Below, one piece after another: positions 38,637 through 47,529 of a DNA stretch of 64,000 nucleotides. The stretch is taken from assembly GCA_937921825.1 (NCBI GenBank), contig CAKZVK010000019.1, forward strand, positions 966-64,965. The letters run 5' to 3'. The notes under the pieces are model-generated. The model was not told the origin of the DNA, did no database searches, and was given only the letters and a program-made list of their open reading frames with translations. How positions within the stretch are numbered: the first letter of the stretch is position 1; each line of letters starts with the position of its first letter. The stretch comes from an uncultured Saprospiraceae bacterium. GTDB taxonomy: Bacteria; Bacteroidota; Bacteroidia; Chitinophagales; Saprospiraceae. The translations under genes were made by a program, and so were the position numbers.

Positions 38637-40994
38637 ATGAAAAACATCTTTACTCTGATAGCCCTTATTCTTTCAGTAGCCCTTGTCGGTCAGAATACTT
38701 ACACAATCACAGGCACAGTATTAGAGGCTAGTACTGGAGAGCCGATAGATTATGCTTCTGTCGTCTTAAATGAAATATCAACGGGTGACCTGATCACAGG
38801 AGTCACCACAGAGAACGGTGGACAGTTTTCTATAGAATCCTCGACTAAAGACATATCTGTAGAAGTGAGTTTTATAGGTCTTCAGACTCTAGAAATAACT
38901 GATATCACTTTCAATGGGAATACAGCAGCGCTGGGGAACATAAACCTATCAGCAGAGGCGAATGACCTGGATGAGGTACTCATAACTGCCGAAAAGTCTA
39001 CCACTGAATTCAAGTTAGACAAAAGAGTATTTAATGTTGGCACTGACCTGAGTTCTACTGGAGCAGGAGCTCTAGAAGTACTGAATAATGTTCCTTCAGT
39101 TAATGTCAATATAGAAGGAGAAGTTTCGCTGAGAGGTTCTACAGGTGTGCAGATACTTATAGACGGCAAGCCCTCCATCCTCTCTGACGATGCGAGTAAT
39201 GCCTTAGGAACTATTACTGCAGATATGATAGACAAAATAGAGGTCATCACTAATCCTTCTGCTAAATATGAAGCTGAAGGCACTGCGGGAATCATAAATA
39301 TCGTCCTTAAGAAAAATGAAAAGAAAGGCCTGAATGGTTCTATCTCTCTCAATACTGGCGCACCGCACAATCATAGTGTAGGCGTTAGTCTCAATAAACG
39401 GACTGAAAAATTTAATCTATTCAGTCAGCTGGGTGCTGGTTATCGAGAGCTTCCTAGGTTCAATGAAAACACCAACCTAGATAGAACCACTGGTAGAAAA
39501 TTATTCTCGGATGGCACAGAGTATAGAAATGAAAACTTCTACAATTTCGTATTAGGCTCAGATTATTATATCAATCCTCAGAACGTTATTACACTATCGG
39601 GAAGTTTTGCCTATGAGGTAGAAGATCAGCCTTCAGAAACTTTGTTTGCATTAAGCACTAATGATGTACTAGAAAGTGAATGGATCAGAAATGAATCTAC
39701 AGAAGCTACCAATCCAAAGTTACAGTATGAGCTTCAGTACAAAAGAGACTTTACCGATCACAAAGAACACAAATTACTCTTCAGTGCGATAGGCCGATTC
39801 TTTGGAAAAGATCAAGCATCTACCTTTACCAATACACTTACTTCTGGCAATGCTGACCTTAATAATCAGACCACAGAGACGGCATTCCAAGAGGGGAAGT
39901 ATACATTCAATCTAGATTACACAAAACCGTTCAATGAAAACTGGACGCTAGAGACAGGGACTCAGTATCTAACTAATGCTGTAAGCAACGACTTTTCTGT
40001 AAGTAATGAAATAGGTGGAGAATTAATAGTAGACCCAAATCTTACTAATCTATTTGAGTACGATCAGAAAGTACTCGGTGTCTATAGTACAGGATCTTAT
40101 GAGGGCAATATCTGGGGCATCAAATTAGGCCTCCGAGCAGAATACACAGATCTAAAAACTTTACTGGTTACAACTAATGATCCTAACGATCAGCAGTTCA
40201 CGAATCTATTTCCTTCTCTGCATACTTCTTATAAGTTTACAGAAGCTATTTCATTCCAAGCGGGATACTCTAGAAGAATCTATCGTCCTCGACTATGGGA
40301 CCTAAATCCTTTCTTTAATATCAGAAACAACTTTAGCATCAGAGCTGGGAATCCTAAGTTACTCCCAGAATATACTGATAGTTATGAGGTAGGAAGTATT
40401 TTCATATTCCAAGATCTATCATTGAATATCAATGTCTATCATAGATATACGACCGACAAGATAGAAAGAGTATTTATTGTCGAAAACAATGTCAATACCT
40501 CTCGCCCAGAAAACATAGGCACCAATAAAGCGACTGGTATAGAAGCGAATTTCAAGTATACCCTTTCTAGAAAACTAACGCTTAATGGGGATGCAAACTA
40601 TAATGTCTTCCAAAGAGATGGTCGATTCAATGATCAAATATTTGATTTCTCCGCTGATAAATGGAATAGTAAACTGACGGCTAAGTATAAGATCCGAAAA
40701 AACCTCGATGTAGAACTGACTGGTAGAAATCAATCTAGAGAAAGAACAATACAAGGAATAATCAGTCCCTACTCTACTTTGGATGCAGGCCTAAGAATAA
40801 AAATTCTCAAAGGCAAAGGCGTCTTTAATCTAAGTGCACGAGATATTTTTGCCTCCCGACTTAGAGAATCTACGCTAGATCAAGAAGACTTCTTTGTATT
40901 GAGAAGAGGACTAAGAGGCCGCTTTCTCACGGCTGGATTCAGCTATGGATTTGGAAAAGGCGAAGCTATGCACTTTTCAGGCAGAAGAAGATAA
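38637..40994 (+). CDS. TonB-dependent-receptor-like outer-membrane beta-barrel protein with CarboxypepD_reg-like N-domain
   Basis: 785 aa. Signal peptide, N-terminal YTITGTVLEASTGEPIDYASV, a plug-like region, and a long beta-strand-rich C-terminus ending in an aromatic-rich segment. Confidence 0.8.
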   Translation: MKNIFTLIALILSVALVGQNTYTITGTVLEASTGEPIDYASVVLNEISTGDLITGVTTENGGQFSIESSTKDISVEVSFIGLQTLEITDITFNGNTAALGNINLSAEANDLDEVLITAEKSTTEFKLDKRVFNVGTDLSSTGAGALEVLNNVPSVNVNIEGEVSLRGSTGVQILIDGKPSILSDDASNALGTITADMIDKIEVITNPSAKYEAEGTAGIINIVLKKNEKKGLNGSISLNTGAPHNHSVGVSLNKRTEKFNLFSQLGAGYRELPRFNENTNLDRTTGRKLFSDGTEYRNENFYNFVLGSDYYINPQNVITLSGSFAYEVEDQPSETLFALSTNDVLESEWIRNESTEATNPKLQYELQYKRDFTDHKEHKLLFSAIGRFFGKDQASTFTNTLTSGNADLNNQTTETAFQEGKYTFNLDYTKPFNENWTLETGTQYLTNAVSNDFSVSNEIGGELIVDPNLTNLFEYDQKVLGVYSTGSYEGNIWGIKLGLRAEYTDLKTLLVTTNDPNDQQFTNLFPSLHTSYKFTEAISFQAGYSRRIYRPRLWDLNPFFNIRNNFSIRAGNPKLLPEYTDSYEVGSIFIFQDLSLNINVYHRYTTDKIERVFIVENNVNTSRPENIGTNKATGIEANFKYTLSRKLTLNGDANYNVFQRDGRFNDQIFDFSADKWNSKLTAKYKIRKNLDVELTGRNQSRERTIQGIISPYSTLDAGLRIKILKGKGVFNLSARDIFASRLRESTLDQEDFFVLRRGLRGRFLTAGFSYGFGKGEAMHFSGRRR

Positions 40995-41094
40995 CTGAGA
41001 GTATATTCTTAATAAATTATGTAGTCAACAAATTTAGTCCCTAGACGCAACATTCTTGAGGTAGTAAGTATATATCTACTAAAACTTACTAGTG

Positions 41095-42297
41095 ATGAAA
41101 AACTTTGCAATTTCATTTTATGCCTTTTTTATCCTACTTCTCATTGGCTGCGGTGGTGGCGATAATTGTATAGTAGAAGATATTCTTGTAGAGACTGCTG
41201 ATTGCTCTTGTGAAACAGTTTATGAATTAACTCTAGACTTCTCTTATCAAGATGCTCCCTCAGAGTATTTCACCTTATATGCTAGACAAAATCAAGTCAT
41301 TGGATATTACAAACTAACAGATCTACCACTCACCATAGATAAATTCGAAACAAGTGGCTTGGAACATGAGTACATAAAAATCTGCCTAGACGAGGAAGAA
41401 GACTGTTGTACTGAGTTTGAATTCATGCCCGCCGATTGTTTAGAAGAAAGTACTTGCTCGATTAGTGATCTCATTGTAGAAACAGGAGAATGTAATCGTG
41501 ATGGCACCTATTTATTGGAGCTAGATTTTAATTATTCAAATGCAGGCAATGATTACTTTGATGTATTCGTCAGCAACAATGAAATATTCGATACTTACCT
41601 TTTGGAGGATTTGGCTCTAACAATAGATAATTTTCAACCTAGGGGTACTGAGTATGATTACATCAAAATATGTATCAATGATAATCCGGATTGTTGCCAA
41701 GAGATTGAATTCATGACTCCAGATTGTGAGGAAGAATGTAGCATTTCTGAGATAGTTTATGAAGTAGGCAATTGCACTTCAGAAAACACCTATACTCTTT
41801 ATCTAGATCTAGAAGTGAGTGGTTCTACTGACGATAGCTTTGATGTTTTTGTTAGCCAAAATGAATTCATAGGCTATTATCAATTTTCTGATCTGCCCTT
41901 AGAGATAACTGACTTCGAGATGAGCGGTGAGGACTACGACTACATCAAGATTTGTATCAATGATAACCCAGGCTGCTGTAAGGAAATAGAATTCATGAGC
42001 CCAATCTGTGAAGAAGAAGAATGTAGTATTTCTGAAATAGTTTATGAAGTAGGCAATTGCACTTCAGAAAATACCTATACTCTTTATCTCGATCTAGAAG
42101 TGAGTGGTTCTACTGACGATGGCTTTGATGTTTTTGCTAGACAAAATGAATTCATAGGCTATTACCAATTTTCTGATCTGCCCTTAGAGATAACTAACTT
42201 CGAGATGAGTGGCGAAGACTACGACTACGTAAAGATCTGTATCAATGATAACCCAGACTGCTGCAAAAAGATAGAATTTCTACCTCCAGATTGCTAG
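41095..42297 (+). CDS. Cys-rich lipoprotein made of four tandem modules of about 95 aa
   Basis: Lipobox LLIGC. Four modules of the form C.I.....E.G.C....Y.L.LD......D.F.V......IG.Y...DLPL.I..F......YDYIKICINDNP.CC.EIEF..P.C. Confidence 0.75.
   Translation: MKNFAISFYAFFILLLIGCGGGDNCIVEDILVETADCSCETVYELTLDFSYQDAPSEYFTLYARQNQVIGYYKLTDLPLTIDKFETSGLEHEYIKICLDEEEDCCTEFEFMPADCLEESTCSISDLIVETGECNRDGTYLLELDFNYSNAGNDYFDVFVSNNEIFDTYLLEDLALTIDNFQPRGTEYDYIKICINDNPDCCQEIEFMTPDCEEECSISEIVYEVGNCTSENTYTLYLDLEVSGSTDDSFDVFVSQNEFIGYYQFSDLPLEITDFEMSGEDYDYIKICINDNPGCCKEIEFMSPICEEEECSISEIVYEVGNCTSENTYTLYLDLEVSGSTDDGFDVFARQNEFIGYYQFSDLPLEITNFEMSGEDYDYVKICINDNPDCCKKIEFLPPDC
41734..42297 (+). repeat. Near-identical tandem duplication (2 x about 285 nt) inside the Cys-rich lipoprotein gene
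   Basis: The unit starting GAATGTAGCATTTCTGAGATAGTTTATGAAGTAGGCAATTGCAC at 41734 recurs at 42019 with only scattered substitutions. Confidence 0.85.
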
Positions 42298-42308
42298 AAG
42301 TAGTAGCA

Positions 42309-42752
42309 TTATGCGACAGCTGGAACTGGAATAGGATGTAGTAATTGTTCCTTCAAGGCTATCAACTGCTCATAATTCTGAGCGATAATCATTCGACTGA
42401 CTTTACTCAGATCCTTATTGCTTAAAGCTGCCTGATACAAAGGTTGGAATCTTACCAACTGACCATGAATATTCCAGAGAGTCATATCATCCTCTCTAAG
42501 CTGAGAAACGGAATAGCTCAAGGTCTTGTTGGTCTTGCTAGGACTATAATCTTGCTTAGCGAGTAAGCCTGTGTACTTACTTATGCAATCCATGTTGACC
42601 TTTCTTACGCCTATCAATAGATCTATGACATTAAGGTCATTTGACTTAGCTGCTAACCTGTCTAGAAATTGGTGAAACTTCTGATGTTGCGCATGTAACT
42701 GCACTAGGGTATTAGAAGTGTCTGTTGTTTGGTTTAAGTTATTGGTTCTCAT
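42309..42752 (-). CDS. Hypothetical helical protein (possibly a four-helix-bundle/ferritin-like family)
   Basis: 147-aa ORF with coding-like composition. No confident motif. Confidence 0.45.
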   Translation of the reverse strand: MRTNNLNQTTDTSNTLVQLHAQHQKFHQFLDRLAAKSNDLNVIDLLIGVRKVNMDCISKYTGLLAKQDYSPSKTNKTLSYSVSQLREDDMTLWNIHGQLVRFQPLYQAALSNKDLSKVSRMIIAQNYEQLIALKEQLLHPIPVPAVA

Positions 42753-42938
42753 AAGTGATTATTTATCAGATAATTACACATATAATTCTCAACATATGAA
42801 CGTCCGAAAAGGGGAAAAAGATCGGAAAAAAGCAATTATTAACATTTTTTTTAATGTTTTTCCTTTCCTATGACTTCGGACGACATTTTATGATGCTATC
42901 CAATCTTACAAACAACTGATTATCAGAGTCTTAATAAG

Positions 42939-44834
42939 TTATTTCTTACCGCGCTTCTTCTTTGATCTGGCCTTGATAACCATGCGCTTTTGTTGTTTTT
43001 TCTTGTCTTGAAGCAGTTTTTCTACCAGATCTGGCCTGCCCATCCCAGTTAATTTATCTCTGATGACACTATAATTCTCTCTTTTATACCAGAAGAAGAA
43101 TAGATGTTGATTTTTCTTTTGCTTTGGAGATTTGGCGGTAAAGACGGGTCTCAGGGTATAAGGATGGAGTCCTGTATAGTAAATGATAGTCGCTACTGTC
43201 ATAGGCGTAGGCGTAAAGTCTTGCACCTGCTCTAGTTTGAAACCCATGGCTTTAGTCTCTGCGGCGAGATTGGCCATTTCTTCTTCTGTACTCCCTGGGT
43301 GACTAGATATGAAGTATGGAATCAAAGGCTGATTCAGCCCATGCTTTTTGTTATAGTGCTCGTATCTTTCCTTGAACTGATGAAAATGCTTGAATGAGGG
43401 CTTACGCATGATCTTTAGTGTCTCATCAGAGGTATGCTCGGGTGCGACCTTAAGTCGACCACAGACGTGCCTGCTAACAAGCTGATCCATATACTCATCT
43501 AGACTGCCGTCGTTATTCTTGTTATAGTCTTCTACTACGAGATCATATCTTATCCCACTACTGACGAAGGCTTTCTTCACCTTTGGATGCTCATCTACCT
43601 TTCTATAGATATTGGTGAGTGGCTTGTGACTGGTGTCTAGATTGCTACAGATCACAGGATGGATACAGGACGGTGCCACACATCTATCACAGATAGATTG
43701 CACCTTGCCTTTCATTCTATACATATTAGCAGAGGGGCCGCCGAGGTCACTGATATAACCCTTATAGTCAGGCATAGCTGTGACCGCCTCCACTTCCTTC
43801 ATTATCGATTGCTCCGATCTACTGGATACAAATTTTCCTTGATGCGCAGAAATAGTACAGAAGCTACAGCCTCCAAAACATCCTCTATGCATATTAATAG
43901 AGAATCGTATCATCTCATAGGCAGGTATACTTCCACGTTTATTATACTTGGGATGTGGGAGTCTTGTATACGGCAAGTCAAAAGAACCATCTATCTGCTC
44001 TTCTGTCATAGGAGGGTAAGGCGGATTGATCACTAAATTCTCATCCCCTACTCCCTGTATTAGTCTTCTAGCTGCGACTTTATTGGATTCTTGTTCTACG
44101 TGCTTAAAGTTTGCTGCAAAGGCCTTTTTGTCTCGCAGACATTTTTCATGCGAACTCAAGACGAGGTCTTCCCATGATTTATTCTTAGGGAGTTCTTCTT
44201 GTCGCGGATGTAATACTGCCGTCTGAGGTATCGTTTTGATAGAAGAAAAAGGCACGCCTTTCTTGAGTAATCGGACTAGTTCCCTAAGAGGCATTTCTCC
44301 CATTCCATAGACCAGCATATCTGCACCACTCTGTGAGAGGATATTAGGGAACAATTTATCTGCCCAGTAATCATAATGCGTCACACGTCTAAGTGAGGCT
44401 TCTATCCCACCTAGTAAGACTGGCACATCAGGAAATAACTCCTTTAGAATCTTAGTATAGGTAGTGGTACTGTAGTCGGGCCTGAATCCCGCCTTACCGC
44501 CTGGTGTATAAGCATCTGTGGATCTCTTTCTTCTGCCGGCCGTATAGTGATTGACCATGGTATCCATACAACCAGAGGTCACTCCAAAAAATAGATTAGG
44601 CTTGCCAAATTTTTTAAAATCTCTCAGATCATCTTGCCAGTTAGGCTGTGGCACTATTGCTACTTTGAGATCTAACTCTTCTAGGATTCTTCCTATGACA
44701 GCAGTGCCAAAAGCGGGATGATCCACATAGGCATCTCCAGAAATCAAAACGACATCTACATCCTCCCAATCTCGATACTCTAATTCCTTCTTAGTTATCG
44801 GTAACCAATCTGTAACAGGCCTTTTCGTTTCCAT
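42939..44834 (-). CDS. ygiQ: YgiQ-family (UPF0313) radical SAM protein
   Basis: 631 aa. N-terminal YgiQ-type domain (DVVLISGDAYVDHPAFG), CFGGCSFC radical-SAM cluster motif, and a Lys-rich C-terminal tail. Confidence 0.88.
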   Translation of the reverse strand: METKRPVTDWLPITKKELEYRDWEDVDVVLISGDAYVDHPAFGTAVIGRILEELDLKVAIVPQPNWQDDLRDFKKFGKPNLFFGVTSGCMDTMVNHYTAGRRKRSTDAYTPGGKAGFRPDYSTTTYTKILKELFPDVPVLLGGIEASLRRVTHYDYWADKLFPNILSQSGADMLVYGMGEMPLRELVRLLKKGVPFSSIKTIPQTAVLHPRQEELPKNKSWEDLVLSSHEKCLRDKKAFAANFKHVEQESNKVAARRLIQGVGDENLVINPPYPPMTEEQIDGSFDLPYTRLPHPKYNKRGSIPAYEMIRFSINMHRGCFGGCSFCTISAHQGKFVSSRSEQSIMKEVEAVTAMPDYKGYISDLGGPSANMYRMKGKVQSICDRCVAPSCIHPVICSNLDTSHKPLTNIYRKVDEHPKVKKAFVSSGIRYDLVVEDYNKNNDGSLDEYMDQLVSRHVCGRLKVAPEHTSDETLKIMRKPSFKHFHQFKERYEHYNKKHGLNQPLIPYFISSHPGSTEEEMANLAAETKAMGFKLEQVQDFTPTPMTVATIIYYTGLHPYTLRPVFTAKSPKQKKNQHLFFFWYKRENYSVIRDKLTGMGRPDLVEKLLQDKKKQQKRMVIKARSKKKRGKK

Positions 44835-45046
44835 GCTCTACAAAGTTAAGCTACTTTTCCATGATTAGTGCGGAGACTTCGGAATACTCTTGGGGTAAAT
44901 AGACTAGTTGACCCATCAAGCGAAGAGGCAAAATAAAAAAGAGGCTGACTCATAGCTATGAGACCAACCTCTTATTATATTCTTTAGGCTTCCTTTATCA
45001 GCGGTTCTAAAGGTATCTTCAGCAACCACTCAGGAGTTCTAAGATT

Positions 45047-45616
45047 TTACATATTTGTTCCAGTAGGAAAAGCGGTGTTTATTTTCCATGTCTTACCATC
45101 TAGGTAGAACATCTGAAACTGCTTAGAGGACCCTGAACTCACTGTTAGAGTAGGTAGCACCTCAGCAGTTCCTGGAAAATAATCCATTGTTAGATCGCCT
45201 TTCGGTATCGTGACATTAGGCTGAGGAAAATTTGTGTTTTTCTTCCATTGCTTTTCCTGTAGGTAATACTGCTCCCACTCACCTGTAGTTGCTGAGTAGA
45301 CGACTAGTCCTGGTAGAGTTGTTTCTGTATCAGGAAGGTATTGCATACGTAAGTTTCCTTTCGTAATGTTTGTCTTTAAAGATGGGAAGTTTGGATTCTT
45401 TTTCCACTTACCATCATTAGCATACATCTGTGCATACTCGCCTGTCTTTTGCGAGAAAACATGGACAGCCGCATATCTACCAAATGAAGCTGGTTCATAT
45501 TGGATATCCCATTCTCCTGAATTAGAACTCTGACTAGTACATCCTTGGAAGGAGAAAGCAGAAATCAATAGGATTAATGAGAAGGCACTGAAGTGTTTAA
45601 TTAAGTACTTGTACAT
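45047..45616 (-). CDS. Lipoprotein with three internal repeats of about 48 aa
   Basis: Lipobox FQGC. The motif TGE[WY].Q.Y.....WKKN.NFP......KG.L.M.Y.P is repeated three times. Confidence 0.6.
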   Translation of the reverse strand: MYKYLIKHFSAFSLILLISAFSFQGCTSQSSNSGEWDIQYEPASFGRYAAVHVFSQKTGEYAQMYANDGKWKKNPNFPSLKTNITKGNLRMQYLPDTETTLPGLVVYSATTGEWEQYYLQEKQWKKNTNFPQPNVTIPKGDLTMDYFPGTAEVLPTLTVSSGSSKQFQMFYLDGKTWKINTAFPTGTNM

Positions 45617-45808
45617 ATTTTCTTATTTAATGTAATTAAGAGAGATAAAGTCAGTAGATAGGAAATAATCTGACTTAGGGAATGCAAACGTACAATAAAC
45701 TATCCATGTAATTATGACTTCCAAAAGGAAGTTTCACATATATATTTCTGCCATTTATCCCTTATGTATTGCACTTTAGCTTTAATTCATTGCTTGAATT
45801 ATTATTTT

Positions 45809-45824
45809 ATCGTAATATTGCGAT
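45809..45824. promoter_or_regulatory. 16-bp near-palindrome ATCGTAATATTGCGAT abutting the arsR-like start codon (candidate operator/promoter)
   Basis: 15/16 identical to the perfect palindrome at 46172-46187. It contains TAATATTG, which differs by one base from the -7 consensus TAnnTTTG. Confidence 0.55.
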
Positions 45825-46142
45825 ATGGGCTTATCTAAGACAGAGCTTTTTACTGATTATCAGAACAGTATAGCCACTATGGCGAAGGCCATAGCACATC
45901 CAGCACGGATTGCTATACTAGAATTGATGATCAAAAAAGGCACATGTGTCTGTGGCGATATCGTAGAGGAATTACCTCTGTCTCAGAGTACCGTCTCTCA
46001 ACATCTGAAGGCAATGAAACAAGCAGGTATAATCAAAGGGATCGTAGATGGTCCTTTCAGATGCTACTGCATAGATTGCAAGAACTTAGGCGCTCTCATG
46101 GGTCAGCTGAAAAGCATATTTACACAAGCTAAATGTTGCTGA
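45825..46142 (+). CDS. ArsR/SmtB-family metal(loid)-responsive repressor
   Basis: 105 aa. HPARIAILELM, then CVCGDIVEEL (alpha3 thiolate site position) and the recognition helix SQSTVSQHLKAMKQAG. Extra CYCIDC and a C-terminal KCC. Confidence 0.85.
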   Translation: MGLSKTELFTDYQNSIATMAKAIAHPARIAILELMIKKGTCVCGDIVEELPLSQSTVSQHLKAMKQAGIIKGIVDGPFRCYCIDCKNLGALMGQLKSIFTQAKCC

Positions 46143-46171
46143 CAGTCTGACGATTTTTTTTGGCTATAGCT

Positions 46172-46187
46172 ATCGTAATATTACGAT
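46172..46187. promoter_or_regulatory. Perfect 16-bp palindrome ATCGTAAT|ATTACGAT (candidate ArsR-type operator)
   Basis: Perfect dyad 62 nt upstream of the small Cys-rich ORF. A near-identical copy lies upstream of the regulator gene. Confidence 0.55.
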
Positions 46188-46248
46188 GTACAAATATGAT
46201 TCTATGTAAAGACATACAATCTTTTAATTCATCATTAAAATGTAAAAA

Positions 46249-46341
46249 ATGAAAAAGTTATTTTTTGCAGTAGTTGGACTAGCAAGTCTTGCAGCGATTA
46301 CATGCTGTGATCTGCCTTGCTGTTCAGGTGCATGCTGCTAA
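46249..46341 (+). CDS. Unannotated 30-aa Cys-rich micro-protein: hydrophobic N-segment followed by CC-x3-CC-x3-CC
   Basis: The ATG at 46249 to the TAA at 46339-46341 encodes MKKLFFAVVGLASLAAITCCDLPCCSGACC. It has its own palindrome upstream and a strong terminator downstream. Confidence 0.55.
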   Translation: MKKLFFAVVGLASLAAITCCDLPCCSGACC

Positions 46342-46349
46342 ATAAAGAG

Positions 46350-46380
46350 GGGGCCAGTGACTGCTACTGGCCCCTATTTT
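46350..46380 (+). terminator. Rho-independent terminator after the micro-protein gene
   Basis: 9-bp GC-rich stem GGGGCCAGT/ACTGGCCCC with a 7-nt loop, followed by TATTTTTATTTT. Confidence 0.85.
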
Positions 46381-46551
46381 TATTTTCAGCCTTTAACAAA
46401 AAAAAAAACAGAACCCCTCAGGACTCTGTCTGCTTTACACTAATTTCTTTTTTTTGATAGGAAGTTGTTCTACAACACTAAGCCAGTGCTATTACTATCC
46501 ATTAATGTCACCAGCAGACATTAGGTCACTCTCCACAGAAACATTATTGTC

Positions 46552-46559
46552 TATATTTG
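46552..46559 (+). promoter_or_regulatory. Candidate -7 promoter box (TATATTTG) upstream of the esterase gene
   Basis: Matches TAnnTTTG 17 nt upstream of the ATG at 46576. Confidence 0.3.
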
Positions 46560-46575
46560 AATCCAAACTCAATCA

Positions 46576-47529
46576 ATGAAAAAGGTTACGGCTATAATAC
46601 TCTTTAGTTTTCTCTGTCTTGTAAATCTGATGTCTCAAGCTATAGATGGTTCTTTTGCTTTTGATACTGATCCTGATAAGCAATACTCTATATATGTGCC
46701 CACCAGCTATGATGCAGGTATTCCTCAGAAACTTATGCTGGGTCTACATCCATTGAATACTTCTCGATGGAATGCAAAAGCTTGGAGAGATACTTTAGTC
46801 ACCTTCGCTGAGACCAATAACCTATTACTCGTATGCCCCGATGGAGGAGCAGATGGAAGAATAGATGACCCTATAGATACAGCATTTACAACCATACTTT
46901 TAGACTCTATATACCAATGGTATAATGTCGATCAGAGTCAAAAATATATCATGGGCTTCTCCTGGGGAGGAAAGACTACCTACACTTATGGGCTGAGAAG
47001 GACAGATGAGTTTGCGGGTTATCTAGCCATAGGTGCTGCAGTAACTGTCAGTGAAATATCTTCCCTGGTCACTAATGCAAAAGATGAATCATTCTACCTC
47101 GTACATGGTACGCAAGATAATGTACAGACCAGATACTCCTCTATACTAGAACAGTTAGAACTTAATGGTGCCTGTACTAATTCTACACTAATGGATAATG
47201 TCGGACATACCATAGATTTCCCCAATAGAAATGAGATTCTAACTGATGCCTTTATATGGCTCGAAAACAGTAATTGTCTCTCCAGTACCGAAGAGGAAGA
47301 ACAGGACCTGATAGCCAATAGAGTATATCCTAATCCTTTTGAAGATTACATAACTATTCCTTCCCTGCACATATACTCTAAGATTAGTCTCTATAGTACG
47401 AATGGACAATTACAGCCTTTTACTCTAGGTGATGATAAAATCAATGTCCCTAATCTAAATCCAGGACAATACATTTTATCTTTATTTACAGAACAAGGAA
47501 TAGACAATCATCTACTTCTAAAACTGTAA
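46576..47529 (+). CDS. Secreted alpha/beta-hydrolase (esterase) with T9SS C-terminal sorting domain
   Basis: Signal peptide, nucleophile elbow GFSWGG, HGTQD and GHT for the triad. C-terminus VYPNPFEDYITIPS...GQYILSLF. Confidence 0.75.
   Translation: MKKVTAIILFSFLCLVNLMSQAIDGSFAFDTDPDKQYSIYVPTSYDAGIPQKLMLGLHPLNTSRWNAKAWRDTLVTFAETNNLLLVCPDGGADGRIDDPIDTAFTTILLDSIYQWYNVDQSQKYIMGFSWGGKTTYTYGLRRTDEFAGYLAIGAAVTVSEISSLVTNAKDESFYLVHGTQDNVQTRYSSILEQLELNGACTNSTLMDNVGHTIDFPNRNEILTDAFIWLENSNCLSSTEEEEQDLIANRVYPNPFEDYITIPSLHIYSKISLYSTNGQLQPFTLGDDKINVPNLNPGQYILSLFTEQGIDNHLLLKL

Noticed and set aside
45944-46132. 62-aa ORF in an alternative frame within the arsR-like gene.
   Set aside because: It is fully nested in a gene with clear family motifs. 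It is Arg/Ser-rich with no features.
42939-46341. The idea that the YgiQ radical-SAM enzyme is a maturase (RiPP-type) for the Cys-rich micro-protein.
   Set aside because: The genes are about 1.4 kb apart on opposite strands, with a lipoprotein gene and the regulator between them. As far as I know, YgiQ/UPF0313 is a widely conserved family not linked to peptide modification. The peptide has its own operator and terminator.
46395-46425. An A11 run followed by CAGAACCCCTCAGGACTCTG, considered as a possible minus-strand terminator.
   Set aside because: Only about 4 bp of convincing stem (CAGA/TCTG), and no minus-strand gene upstream of it to terminate.
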